Of a stretch of 64,000 nucleotides of DNA, positions 40,182-50,038 are shown piece after piece; the first letter of the stretch is position 1; each line of letters begins with the position of its first letter. The position numbers and the translations under genes are program-made. The notes beneath the pieces were generated by a model. It had not been told where the DNA came from and searched no databases. It was given only the letters and a program-made list of their open reading frames with translations. This stretch comes from an uncultured Pelagibacteraceae bacterium (GTDB taxonomy: Bacteria > Pseudomonadota > Alphaproteobacteria > Pelagibacterales > Pelagibacteraceae), in assembly GCA_902581925.1 (NCBI GenBank), contig CACHQB010000005.1, positions 6,996-70,995 on the forward strand, read 5' to 3'.

Positions 40182-41243
40182 ATGAAAGCACAGGTTTTGC
40201 ACAAGTATGACCCAGAAATGAAGGAAAAAGTTTGGGTTACAGGTGAAGAAATGCCAGATCCAAAGATTGAAAAGGCATCAGATGTAATTGTTAAAATTGG
40301 TGCTGCAGGAGTTTGCAGAACAGATTTACATATAATTGAAGGAGTATGGAAACATATTCAAGATCCAGATGGAACTTTGTTACCATGTGTAATGGGACAT
40401 GAAAATGCAGGATGGGTAGAAGATGTAGGTAAGGATGTTACAGAATATAAAAAAGGTGACCCAGTTATTTTACACCCATTAATTTCAGGAACGGGCGGTA
40501 CTTGTTTAGATTGTAGAAGAGGTAATGATATGCATGCTGCTGCCGGAGCATTTCCTGGTTTAAGTATTAAAGAAGGAGGATATTCAGAGCTATTAAAAAC
40601 GAGTGTTAGAAATTTAATTAAGCTTCCAAAAGTTTTAGCACCTAAAGATGTTGCACCTTTTTCAGATGCAGGTCTTACAGCTTATAGAGTTGTTAAAAAA
40701 GCTACTAGACATTTATTGCCAGGTCAAAGCTGTACAATAATTGGTGCCGGAGGTTTAGGACATATTGCTATTCAATGTTTAAAAGCAATGTGTGCTGCTG
40801 ATATTATTATAGTTGAGAAATCTGAAGCAGCTTTAAAACATGCAATGGAACTTGGTGGCGATCACGGAGTTTTAATTGATGGAAACGAAATTGAAAAAGT
40901 TCAAGAACTAACTAAAGGAAAAGGTTCAGAAGCTGTTATCGATTTCGTAGGTGAAAAAGGATCTACTGCCATGGGAATTCAAATGACTTCTAATGGTGGT
41001 TTTTACTACATTGTTGGATATGGAGAAGAAATTAAATCATTAGCAGTTGATTTAATTATTTCTGAAAAAACAATCGTAGGAAATTTAGTGGGAACGTGGT
41101 CTGAGTTATATGAATTGATGGAGTTAGCTGATAGAGGAAAAGTAAAGCTATCCATGCAAGAATATAAATTGGACGATGCTAATAAGGCGCTCCATGATCT
41201 TAACGACGGTAAAGTTAAGGGACGAGCTGTTTTAGTTCCGTAA
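40182..41243 (+). CDS. Zn-dependent NAD(P) alcohol dehydrogenase (MDR family)
   Basis: GVCRTDLH, GHENAGWV, SDAGLTAY, GAGGLGH, GRAVLVP. Strong SD GAGGAG. Confidence 0.92.
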   Translation: MKAQVLHKYDPEMKEKVWVTGEEMPDPKIEKASDVIVKIGAAGVCRTDLHIIEGVWKHIQDPDGTLLPCVMGHENAGWVEDVGKDVTEYKKGDPVILHPLISGTGGTCLDCRRGNDMHAAAGAFPGLSIKEGGYSELLKTSVRNLIKLPKVLAPKDVAPFSDAGLTAYRVVKKATRHLLPGQSCTIIGAGGLGHIAIQCLKAMCAADIIIVEKSEAALKHAMELGGDHGVLIDGNEIEKVQELTKGKGSEAVIDFVGEKGSTAMGIQMTSNGGFYYIVGYGEEIKSLAVDLIISEKTIVGNLVGTWSELYELMELADRGKVKLSMQEYKLDDANKALHDLNDGKVKGRAVLVP

Positions 41244-41269
41244 TTAAGTAAAGGAAGAGAGAGGTAATA

Positions 41270-42808
41270 ATGAAACTAATGAAAACCTGCTTGACGGCTA
41301 TTATATCAAGTTTAATGATATTTAGTCCTATGGCATATGCTGATAAGTGGAGCGATCAGTTCCCACATATCAAAGCTACAGGAGATATTCCTGGTGACTG
41401 TTCTTATGAGAAGATGTCTAAGAAAAATTACAAAGGAAAAACTCTTAAAATAAACACGCACGCAATTCCAGTAATGGGAGAGCCAACAGCTTTACACGCT
41501 GAACAGTTTGAGAAATTAACCGGCGCAAAAGTTGAAGTTACACATACACCAGCAGGTGATTTGTACTCAAAAGCAATGGTTCCTTTCCAAGCTGGACAAG
41601 CTCCTTACGATGTTGTGTTTGGATTTTCTAACTTCATCAATGACTGGAAAAGATATTTAGCACCAGTTCCTAAGAAGTATATGAACTCACCTGAGATGAA
41701 AGACGTAACTAAATCTCATATGGGTGTATCATCTTGGGATGGAACTATGTATCAATACCCAGTTGATGGTGACAGACATTATTTAAAATATAGAAAAGAT
41801 GTCATTGATAATCCAGAAATGCAGAAGAAATATAAAGCTGATACAGGTAATGAGTTAAGAGTTCCAAGAACTTGGAAAGAATACGCTCAAATGGCTAAAT
41901 ATTTCAATGATTGGGATTGGGATGGAGATGGTGAAAAAGAATATGGTTCAGCTGAAGTTATGAAAAAAGATGATTTAATGTTTGCAGCTTTTTTCAGCAG
42001 ATCAGTTGCTTATGCTAAAAACCCTAGAACTCCAGGTGGTTTCTTTTTTGATTTAGAAACAATGAAGCCAAACATCAATAATCCAGGATTTGTTGAAGCA
42101 TTAACTGATTGGGTTGAAGCTACTAAATATGTTCCTCCAGGAGGAACTAACTTTGGTCTAGGTGATGAAATCGGATCATTTGGTGGTGGACAAACTTTAT
42201 TTAGTTTCTCTTGGGACGATGCATTTATTGCAGCGATGCAAGATGACAGCCCAATTAAAAATAAAGTTGGTGCAGCTCCACTTCCAGGTGCTGATAAAGT
42301 TTGGAACAGAGTATCTAATAGCTGGGAAAACCAATACAACCAGGCTCCTTACATTGTTTGGGGTTGGGCTGTAGGTGTTGCTAAGAAAAGTAAGGTAAAA
42401 GATATGGCATTTGATTATCTTTGCTTCTTTTCTAATGGTGCAAACCACCAAGCTGATTTAGCTATTGGTAGATTTGGTGTTAACCCATTTAAAAACTCAG
42501 ACTTCGATCCTAACATTTACATTAATAGTATGGGTTGGGATCCTGAGATCGCTAACAGTTACACCCAAACACTTTTAGATATGGAAAAAAGTAATAACAG
42601 AGTTTTCCCTCTAAGAGTTCCAGGTGTATTTGAATTTACAAGTGCTGTTGCTACAGGAACTTCAAAAGCTTTAGCAGGACAATTATCTCCTCAAGAAGCT
42701 TTAGACGAAGTTGCTAAAGAGTGGGAAGCAATTGTAAGCAGAGTAGGCAAAAAAGCAGTTCAAGATGCCTATGCTGTTGGTGTCAAAATGGAAGACAACA
42801 AGTTATAA
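41270..42808 (+). CDS. CUT1-type ABC transporter substrate-binding protein
   Basis: Signal peptide (AYA-D), VPRTWKEY, LSPQEALD; followed by two permeases and two ATPases. Confidence 0.9.
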   Translation: MKLMKTCLTAIISSLMIFSPMAYADKWSDQFPHIKATGDIPGDCSYEKMSKKNYKGKTLKINTHAIPVMGEPTALHAEQFEKLTGAKVEVTHTPAGDLYSKAMVPFQAGQAPYDVVFGFSNFINDWKRYLAPVPKKYMNSPEMKDVTKSHMGVSSWDGTMYQYPVDGDRHYLKYRKDVIDNPEMQKKYKADTGNELRVPRTWKEYAQMAKYFNDWDWDGDGEKEYGSAEVMKKDDLMFAAFFSRSVAYAKNPRTPGGFFFDLETMKPNINNPGFVEALTDWVEATKYVPPGGTNFGLGDEIGSFGGGQTLFSFSWDDAFIAAMQDDSPIKNKVGAAPLPGADKVWNRVSNSWENQYNQAPYIVWGWAVGVAKKSKVKDMAFDYLCFFSNGANHQADLAIGRFGVNPFKNSDFDPNIYINSMGWDPEIANSYTQTLLDMEKSNNRVFPLRVPGVFEFTSAVATGTSKALAGQLSPQEALDEVAKEWEAIVSRVGKKAVQDAYAVGVKMEDNKL

Positions 42809-42821
42809 TTAAAAAATACTT

Positions 42822-42851
42822 TATGTGGCCATTTATTTAAATGGCCACATA
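42822..42851 (+). terminator. Intercistronic hairpin after ABC SBP gene (stabiliser/attenuator)
   Basis: TATGTGGCCATTTA-TT-TAAATGGCCACATA perfect inverted repeat; no U-tract. Confidence 0.7.
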
Positions 42852-42882
42852 TTACAAAAATAATATAATCCTTTTTATATAA

Positions 42883-43746
42883 ATGAATTTTAAGCATAAA
42901 TATTTCTTCTTATTTCCAGGCTTATTTGTGTTGATAGGAATATTAATTTTTCCAATTATTTTCGTAGTTAGATTGAGTTTGTCAGGATGGAATAGTTATA
43001 ATCCTGGTTTAGATTACATAGGTTTAGAAAATTATATAAGATTATTTACTGATGATCCAAGATTCTGGGAATCATTTTTTAGATTGAGTTTTTTGTCAGT
43101 TACAACAGTTATCTTGCAATACGTGATTGGTTTTGCATTGGCACATATGGTTTGGAAAGATATTAAATTTAAAAGATTTTTTAGAGTTCTTTTTTTAGTT
43201 CCAATGATGACAACCCCGGTGATCATGACAGTTATTTGGAGAACCTTTTTTCATGAATCTTTAGGACCAGTAAATGATATGTTGTCAGTTTTTGGTGTAG
43301 CTCCAAAGTGGCTGACAGATCCAGTTATTGCAAAATTTACAGTTATTATAGTTGAGGTATGGCAATGGACACCATTTATGTTCTTACTTTTATTAGCTGG
43401 GTTATTATCATTACCTAAAGAACCATTTTTGGCAGCTGCAATTGATGGAGCTAGTCCAGTTAGAAAATTTATTTATGTAACATTTCCATTGATGGCTCCC
43501 ATTTCAATTGGAGCAATAATTATAAGGTTAATTGAGGCATCAAAGATTATGGACACAGTTTATGTTTTGACCTCAGGTGGACCAGGTACTTCTACGGAAA
43601 CTTCAAGTTTTTATATCTTTATTAAAGGATTGAGAGAATTCCAGATGGGTTATGCAGCGTCAATGTCATTTACTTACTTAATAATTATGATCATAAGTCT
43701 AACTATTATAGCAAAAGTATTAACTAAAGTTTTATTAAAAGAATAG
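42883..43746 (+). CDS. Carbohydrate ABC transporter permease
   Basis: GLENY, WQWTPF, AAAIDGAS (EAA loop), TSGGPG. Confidence 0.92.
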   Translation: MNFKHKYFFLFPGLFVLIGILIFPIIFVVRLSLSGWNSYNPGLDYIGLENYIRLFTDDPRFWESFFRLSFLSVTTVILQYVIGFALAHMVWKDIKFKRFFRVLFLVPMMTTPVIMTVIWRTFFHESLGPVNDMLSVFGVAPKWLTDPVIAKFTVIIVEVWQWTPFMFLLLLAGLLSLPKEPFLAAAIDGASPVRKFIYVTFPLMAPISIGAIIIRLIEASKIMDTVYVLTSGGPGTSTETSSFYIFIKGLREFQMGYAASMSFTYLIIMIISLTIIAKVLTKVLLKE

Positions 43747-43749
43747 ATA

Positions 43750-44598
43750 ATGAATAAACTATACATTTTTTTGAAATATTTTTTTATTGTCGTTTGGACA
43801 GTATTTGTTGTTGCTCCTTTTCTTTGGGCTTTAACAACATCTTTTAAAGATTTTCAGTCTGTTAATGGAGGGGTAACATATATTCCATGGGTTGATTTTG
43901 AGCCAAACTTAGAAGGTTGGAAGGTATTAGTTAAATCACCAGCTAAAGGTGGAGTGGATATAATTGAACCTTATTTTAATAGTATGTTTGTCACTTGTAC
44001 AGCAAGTTTAATTAGTATTATTCTTGGAACGTTGTCTGCTTATGCATTATCAAGATACACATTTAAGGCAGGATTTGTAAAAAATAATGATATCACTTTT
44101 TTCTTTATCTCACAAAGAATTATGCCACCAATTGTCTTATCAATACCGTTTTTTTTATTTTTAAGTTCAATAAATTTATTAGATAGCCTTACAGGATTAA
44201 TTGTAGTCTATATTGTTTTATTAATGCCAATAGCAGTTTGGATTATGGTTGATTTTTTTAACAAAGTTCCAAGAGAAATTGACGAGACAGCTCTAATTGA
44301 TGGTTGCAACCCTTATCAAGCTTTTTTAAAAGTGGTGTTACCAAATTCAATACCAGGATTAATTGTAGCTGGAATGTTTTGTATAATTTTTGGATGGATA
44401 GATTTTTTCTTTGCTTTTATTCTAACTTTTACCGAGGTGCAGTTATTACCAGTTAAGATTGTTGCGCTAAATTCATCAGTAACTCCTTGGTGGAGTTTAT
44501 CAGCATCTGCTTTAGTTTCAGTAGCACCGTTAATTATTGTTGCATTTATAGTCGAACGATATTTATCAAAAGGAAATTTGTCAGGAGCTATTAAGTAA
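43750..44598 (+). CDS. Carbohydrate ABC transporter permease
   Basis: TSFK, AYALSR, PREIDETALIDGC. Confidence 0.92.
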   Translation: MNKLYIFLKYFFIVVWTVFVVAPFLWALTTSFKDFQSVNGGVTYIPWVDFEPNLEGWKVLVKSPAKGGVDIIEPYFNSMFVTCTASLISIILGTLSAYALSRYTFKAGFVKNNDITFFFISQRIMPPIVLSIPFFLFLSSINLLDSLTGLIVVYIVLLMPIAVWIMVDFFNKVPREIDETALIDGCNPYQAFLKVVLPNSIPGLIVAGMFCIIFGWIDFFFAFILTFTEVQLLPVKIVALNSSVTPWWSLSASALVSVAPLIIVAFIVERYLSKGNLSGAIK

Positions 44599-45677
44599 TG
44601 GATTTAGTTGCAAATAATTTATCATACAAGCTGGATAATCAATATCATTTAAACAAAGTATCGTTTAATTTTAAAGAAGGGAATCTTTATACAATTCTAG
44701 GAAGAACGCTATCTGGAAAAACAACTCTATTAAAAACAATAGCTGGTCTTTTAACACCAGACAGTGGTGAAATTGAATTTGATGGAAAAAATTTTTTAAA
44801 AGTTCCTGTCTGGGAAAGAAATGTAGCAATGGTTTATCAGCAATTTATAAACTATCCTCATTTAAACGTTTTTGAAAACATAGCCTTTCCTTTGAAACAA
44901 AGAAAAATAGATCAAAATGTTATTAATGAAAAAGTAATGGATGCCTTGAAGTCTGTTGGGTTAGTAGGTTACGAAAAAAGAAAGATCCAAGAGCTCTCTG
45001 GAGGTCAGCAACAAAGGGTTTCTCTTGCAAGATCCTTGGTCAAAAATGCAAAAATATTATTGCTGGATGAGCCTCTAGTAAACTTAGACTACAAATTGAG
45101 AGAGCAACTAAGAGAAGAGTTTAAAAACCTATTTTCTAAAGGTTTAGCAGATGAAACAATTTTAATTTATTCAACTACAGATCCAAGGGAGACTATGGAA
45201 TTAAATGGTGAAGTTATAGTTTTAGATGAAGGCAAGGTCTTACAAGTTGGTCCTGCAAAAGAAATATTTGAAAACCCAAATTCATTAAAAGTTGCGGAAA
45301 TTTCTAATGACCCACCAATGAATATAATAGAAGCTAAAATTTCAGATAATAATATTAAATTTGAAGGCATTAATCTAGAGGCTCCACAACATTTATCTAA
45401 ATTAACAGAAGATGGTTTAAAAATCGGATTAAGATCTTCAGATATCGAATTGAATGAAACTGGACATGAATTTGAAGTTGAGCTTGCAGAAATTAGTGGT
45501 TCAGAAACATTGCTACATTTAAAAAGAGGAGATACAAAAATTATAGTATCAATAGAAGAAGTTTTAAACTTTAAGATTCACGATAAAGTTAAAATTAATT
45601 TTAAAATTGATAGAGCTTATGCTTTTCATGTTGATGGAAAATTAGCATCTTCGCCTTTTGGAGGTTTGAATGGCTAA
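44598..45677 (+). CDS. ABC transporter ATP-binding protein (GlpS-like)
   Basis: GRTLSGKTT, VYQQFINYP, LSGGQQQR, LLDEPLVNLDYKLRE; H-loop reads YSTTD. Confidence 0.9.
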   Translation: MDLVANNLSYKLDNQYHLNKVSFNFKEGNLYTILGRTLSGKTTLLKTIAGLLTPDSGEIEFDGKNFLKVPVWERNVAMVYQQFINYPHLNVFENIAFPLKQRKIDQNVINEKVMDALKSVGLVGYEKRKIQELSGGQQQRVSLARSLVKNAKILLLDEPLVNLDYKLREQLREEFKNLFSKGLADETILIYSTTDPRETMELNGEVIVLDEGKVLQVGPAKEIFENPNSLKVAEISNDPPMNIIEAKISDNNIKFEGINLEAPQHLSKLTEDGLKIGLRSSDIELNETGHEFEVELAEISGSETLLHLKRGDTKIIVSIEEVLNFKIHDKVKINFKIDRAYAFHVDGKLASSPFGGLNG

Positions 45678-46743
45678 AATTGATTTAAGTAACATCTCTC
45701 ATTCATATAATCCAAATGATCCTAACCCAGTTTTTGCTTTAAATCCTTTCTCTATGACTTGGGAGAATGGAAATAGATATGCAATTTTAGGTCCTTCTGG
45801 ATGTGGAAAAACTACAATGCTAAATATTGTATCTGGTTTAGTAAGACCTTCTGCTGGAAGAATATTATTTGATAATAAGGATGTTACAGACTTAAAAACA
45901 GAGGATAGAAATATTGCTCAAGTTTTTCAATTTCCAGTCATTTACAACACAATGACTGTTTATGAAAATTTAGCATTCCCACTTAAATGTAGAGATTTTT
46001 CTAAAAGTAAAACCGACGAAAGAGTTAATTCAGTTGCCGAAACTTTAAATTTAAAATCTTTTTTAAATTCTCCTGCGAGAAAATTAACAGCAGATCAAAA
46101 GCAATTAATATCTTTAGGAAGAGGTCTTGTAAGAGAGGACGTAGCCGCTGTTTTAATGGATGAGCCTTTAACTGTAATTGATCCAGATTTAAAATTTAGA
46201 TTAAGAAGAAATCTTAAAGAAATTAATGAACAATATAAAACTACATTAGTTTATGTAACTCACGATCAAAATGAAGCAATGACATTTGCAGACAATATAA
46301 TAGTTATGAGTGAAGGAGAAGTGGTTCAAGCTGGTTCCCCAAAAGAACTTTTTGAAAGACCTAATACAACATTTGTTGGATACTTTATTGGATCACCAGC
46401 CATGAATTTATTTGAAAGTGAGGCTTCCTCAAATGATAGTGTAAAAATTAATAATACTTTAATTAAAACAAATACAAATTTATCAAATCTAAAAAATAAA
46501 AATATTAAGCTAGGAATTAGATCTGAGTTTATTAAAATTGCACAAAATCAAAATGAAAACTTAGTTGAAGTTAATGTTGAAAAGGTAGAGGATCTTGGAA
46601 ACTACAAATTAATTACTGCCAAAATGGGAAATTTTATAATTAAATCAAAAGTTACGAGAGAGACTGAAATTCCAACCCAGAATATTAAACTTCATATACC
46701 TGCGGAGAAATGCTGTGTTTATGAAGATAATAAATTAATTTAA
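45670..46743 (+). CDS. ABC transporter ATP-binding protein (GlpT-like)
   Basis: GPSGCGKTT, VFQFPVIY, signature LTADQKQ, DEPLTVIDP, VTHDQ. Confidence 0.9.
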   Translation: MAKIDLSNISHSYNPNDPNPVFALNPFSMTWENGNRYAILGPSGCGKTTMLNIVSGLVRPSAGRILFDNKDVTDLKTEDRNIAQVFQFPVIYNTMTVYENLAFPLKCRDFSKSKTDERVNSVAETLNLKSFLNSPARKLTADQKQLISLGRGLVREDVAAVLMDEPLTVIDPDLKFRLRRNLKEINEQYKTTLVYVTHDQNEAMTFADNIIVMSEGEVVQAGSPKELFERPNTTFVGYFIGSPAMNLFESEASSNDSVKINNTLIKTNTNLSNLKNKNIKLGIRSEFIKIAQNQNENLVEVNVEKVEDLGNYKLITAKMGNFIIKSKVTRETEIPTQNIKLHIPAEKCCVYEDNKLI

Positions 46744-46760
46744 AATCAACTAAAAATTGA

Positions 46761-46855
46761 AAATTTCTACCTTAGGTTTTATTGTGACAATCTGTACCTC
46801 TTTTTAGAAAGACTCTAATCTTAATCTATGTTTTATTTTCTCCAGTTAATTAACT
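46761..46855 (+). promoter_or_regulatory. Upstream region of TRAP-1 with motifs shared with TRAP-2
   Basis: AAATTTCTACCTTAG (46761-75), ATTGTGACAAT (46781-91), AGTTAATTAACT (46844-55). Confidence 0.55.
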
Positions 46856-46868
46856 AGAGGAGAATAAA

Positions 46869-48026
46869 ATGATCAAGAACAAAAAATCATTGAAGGGTTC
46901 AAAAACTCCTTCAAGAAGAAAGTTCTTCAAAGCAGCAGCGGCAACTGGTGCAGCAGCAGCAACAGCTGTAGCAATGCCTAACGTTGCTTTTGGTGCTCCA
47001 TTAACATTAAAGATGCAAGCAGCTTGGCCTTCAGGCGCTAATATCTTTTTTGAAATGGCAGGAGATTATGCAAAAATGGTTAGCGACATGTCTAACGGAG
47101 AGTTGAAGATCGATCTTCAACCAGTTGGAGCTGTTGTTAAAACTTCAGAAATTGGTCAAGCGGTAAGTTCCGGAGTAGTAGATATGGGTCACTGGGTGAC
47201 CGCATACTGGTACGGAAAAAATCCAGCTGCATCACTTTTTGGAACTGGACCTTCATATGGAATGTCGTCTCAAGAAGTAATGGGATGGATAGAGTATGGC
47301 GGAGGAAGAGCTTTATATGATGAAGCTGTAAAAAGTGTTGGATTTAACTACTACGGTATGTTCCATATGCCAATGCCTGCACAACCATTTGGTTGGTTCA
47401 AAAAGAATGTAACAAAAGTATCTGATGTTAAAGGTATGAAGTATAGAACTGTTGGTCTAGCGACTAACGTTTTAACTGCTATGGGAATGGTTGTAAGACA
47501 ACTACCAGGTGGTGAGATTCAGCCAGCTATGAAAACTGGTTTAATTGATGCTGCAGAGTTTAACAACCCTACATCAGACTCACAGTTTGGAATGCAAGAT
47601 GTCTCTCAACATTACCACTTAGGAAGTTTCCACCAATCTCAGGAAATGTTCGAGGTTCCGGTAAATAAAAAGAGATTTGACAGCCTTTCACCTGCTCATC
47701 AAGCTATCTTGAAGAACGCTGCTTATGCTGCTAACTCAGATAACTACTTCAAAGCGTTAGTGAGATATTCTGCTGACTTAGCGAAGTTGATGAACGAGCA
47801 TAAGGTAAATGTCTACCAAACTTCTGACGCTATCTTAGCTGAACAATTAAAAGGTTGGGATAAAATCGTTGCTGAGTTTTCTGGTAAGGACGCTTTCTTT
47901 AAGAAAGTAGTAGACTCACAAAAAGCATACGCTAAGAGAACAATGAAGTATCTGTTGATGAATCAACCGAACTACAAATTAGCTTATGAAAATGAGTTTG
48001 GACCAATTGAAAAAGTTAAAATCTAA
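46869..48026 (+). CDS. TRAP transporter substrate-binding protein (TakP-like, Tat signal)
   Basis: SRRKFFK twin-arginine signal, GWFKK, MKYRTVG, LPGGEI, DAAEF. Confidence 0.92.
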   Translation: MIKNKKSLKGSKTPSRRKFFKAAAATGAAAATAVAMPNVAFGAPLTLKMQAAWPSGANIFFEMAGDYAKMVSDMSNGELKIDLQPVGAVVKTSEIGQAVSSGVVDMGHWVTAYWYGKNPAASLFGTGPSYGMSSQEVMGWIEYGGGRALYDEAVKSVGFNYYGMFHMPMPAQPFGWFKKNVTKVSDVKGMKYRTVGLATNVLTAMGMVVRQLPGGEIQPAMKTGLIDAAEFNNPTSDSQFGMQDVSQHYHLGSFHQSQEMFEVPVNKKRFDSLSPAHQAILKNAAYAANSDNYFKALVRYSADLAKLMNEHKVNVYQTSDAILAEQLKGWDKIVAEFSGKDAFFKKVVDSQKAYAKRTMKYLLMNQPNYKLAYENEFGPIEKVKI

Positions 48027-48045
48027 TTAACTTTAAAATTATTAT

Positions 48046-48076
48046 AAAAGGGGGTTTAAAAACCCCCTTTTTTTTT
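48046..48076 (+). terminator. Intrinsic terminator/attenuator after TRAP-1 SBP gene
   Basis: AAAAGGGGGTTT-AA-AAACCCCC followed by T9. Confidence 0.85.
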
Positions 48077-48099
48077 AGCTTAATTTAATATACTTTTCT

Positions 48100-48687
48100 A
48101 TGATGAATTCTTTCATTAAATTTGCAGACACTTTAAGTACTTCAATGGGAAAAGCTTTTTCCTGGTGCATTGTAATTTTAATGGGAGGCACGGTTTATGA
48201 AGTTGTAATGGCTTACGTTTTTAATAAGCCAACTTTGTGGAATTTTGATTTTAGTATGCAGATGTATGGTGCAATACTGATGATGTCAGGTGCATACTGT
48301 TTGGCAACAGAGGCTCATGTGAGAGGAGATGTAATTTATAGATTATTTAGTCAAAAAACTCAGGCTTGGATTGATTTAGTACTTTATTTTATATTCTTTT
48401 TTCCTGGTGTAGTGGCTTTAGCTTTTTATGGTTACGAATATGCCGCTTTGGCCTGGAAAATAAAAGAAACTAGCTGGAGTAGTCCCGCACAGATTCAAAT
48501 TTATATGGTTAAAACTATGATACCTGCTGCAGGAACTTTGTTGGTAATTCAAGGAATTGCAGAAGTTTTTAGATCTTTAATTTGTATTAGAACAGGACAA
48601 TGGCCAGCAAGAATGGTTGTTGCTGAAGAAACGGAACAAATGTTAATGAGAACATCACAAGAGGAAGATAAAAATAATGTTATTTAG
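48100..48687 (+). CDS. TRAP small permease (DctQ)
   Basis: Four TM, YEVV, AHVRGDVIY. Confidence 0.9.
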   Translation: MMNSFIKFADTLSTSMGKAFSWCIVILMGGTVYEVVMAYVFNKPTLWNFDFSMQMYGAILMMSGAYCLATEAHVRGDVIYRLFSQKTQAWIDLVLYFIFFFPGVVALAFYGYEYAALAWKIKETSWSSPAQIQIYMVKTMIPAAGTLLVIQGIAEVFRSLICIRTGQWPARMVVAEETEQMLMRTSQEEDKNNVI

Positions 48688-50038
48688 TCTTACAAATCCA
48701 GAAGTAGCAATTCTAATGATGGGTATATTCCTGTTTGCAGTGCTTTTAGGTTTCCCGATAGCTTTCACATTAATGGCAATGGGAATTGGTTTTGGATATT
48801 ACGCTTATTACGATGCTACTATGATGGAGCATATTTTTGATAACAGAATTTTTCAGTTATTCGTTCAAAATACTTATACAGTTATGGATAATAATGTTCT
48901 TACAGCTGTCCCATTATTTTTATTTATGGGATATCTAGTTGAAAGAGCTGGAATAGTTGCAAAACTATTTTTTGCAATAAGATTAGCTGCTCATAGACTT
49001 CCTGCATCGATGGCTGTAGCTGCTTTGATTACTTGTACTTTATTTTCTACAGCAACAGGAATCATAGGAGCGGTTGTTACTTTAATGGGATTACTAGCTT
49101 GGCCTGCGATGGTAAAAGCTGGTTATGATAAAAAATTTGCTTCAGGAATAATTTGTTCTGGTGGATGTTTGGGTATTTTAATCCCTCCAAGTATAATGTT
49201 AATTGTATATTCAGTAATTGCTCAATTATCACCTTTAAGACTTTTTGCAGCAGCTATTTTTCCAGGACTTTTATTAGCTGGTCTTTATATTGCATATGCA
49301 GTTACAAGAGCTTGGTTAAACCCATCGATAGCACCAAGACCACCGAAAGAAGATATCCCACCAACAGGTGAGATTTTAAAAGAGGTGCTAGTTTCTTTTG
49401 TTCCTTTATTTGGATTAATTATGTTAGTTTTAGGAACAATATTGGCTGGAATAGCTACACCAGCTGAAGCTGCAGCAGCAGGAGCATTTGGGGCTTTAAT
49501 TCTATCTTGGTTTTATAAAACGTTAAAATGGCAAAATTTTAAAGAGTCAGTATTTTTAACTGCAAAAACAACTGCAATGATTATGTGGTTATTCATTGGT
49601 TCTTGGACTTTTTCATCTGTATTTTCATATCTGGGTGGACATGAAATATTTGAGCATTTTTTCACATCAATAAATATTTCAACGTGGCAATTTTTAGTAA
49701 TTACACAAATTATAATTTTTCTTTTAGGTTGGCCTCTAGAATGGACAGAAATTTTAATTATTTTTGTACCTATATTTTTACCTTTGCTTGAAGTTTTTGG
49801 TGTTAATCCGTACTTCTTTGCAATGTTAATTGCATTAAATTTACAAACATCTTTTTTAACTCCACCGATGGCAATGTCGGCATATTATTTAAAAGGTGTG
49901 CAAAAAACCAATGTTGAGCTTTTAGATATATTTAGAGGAATTATGCCTTTCTTAGCAATTGTTATTTTTGCAATGTTTTTAATGTACATGTTTCCAGCAA
50001 TAGCCCTATGGTTGCCAGAAACATTATTTGCAAATTAA
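48677..50038 (+). CDS. TRAP large permease (DctM)
   Basis: GFPIAF, AVPLFLFMG, GILIPPS, GIATPAEA, NLQTSFLTPP. Confidence 0.93.
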   Translation: MLFSLTNPEVAILMMGIFLFAVLLGFPIAFTLMAMGIGFGYYAYYDATMMEHIFDNRIFQLFVQNTYTVMDNNVLTAVPLFLFMGYLVERAGIVAKLFFAIRLAAHRLPASMAVAALITCTLFSTATGIIGAVVTLMGLLAWPAMVKAGYDKKFASGIICSGGCLGILIPPSIMLIVYSVIAQLSPLRLFAAAIFPGLLLAGLYIAYAVTRAWLNPSIAPRPPKEDIPPTGEILKEVLVSFVPLFGLIMLVLGTILAGIATPAEAAAAGAFGALILSWFYKTLKWQNFKESVFLTAKTTAMIMWLFIGSWTFSSVFSYLGGHEIFEHFFTSINISTWQFLVITQIIIFLLGWPLEWTEILIIFVPIFLPLLEVFGVNPYFFAMLIALNLQTSFLTPPMAMSAYYLKGVQKTNVELLDIFRGIMPFLAIVIFAMFLMYMFPAIALWLPETLFAN

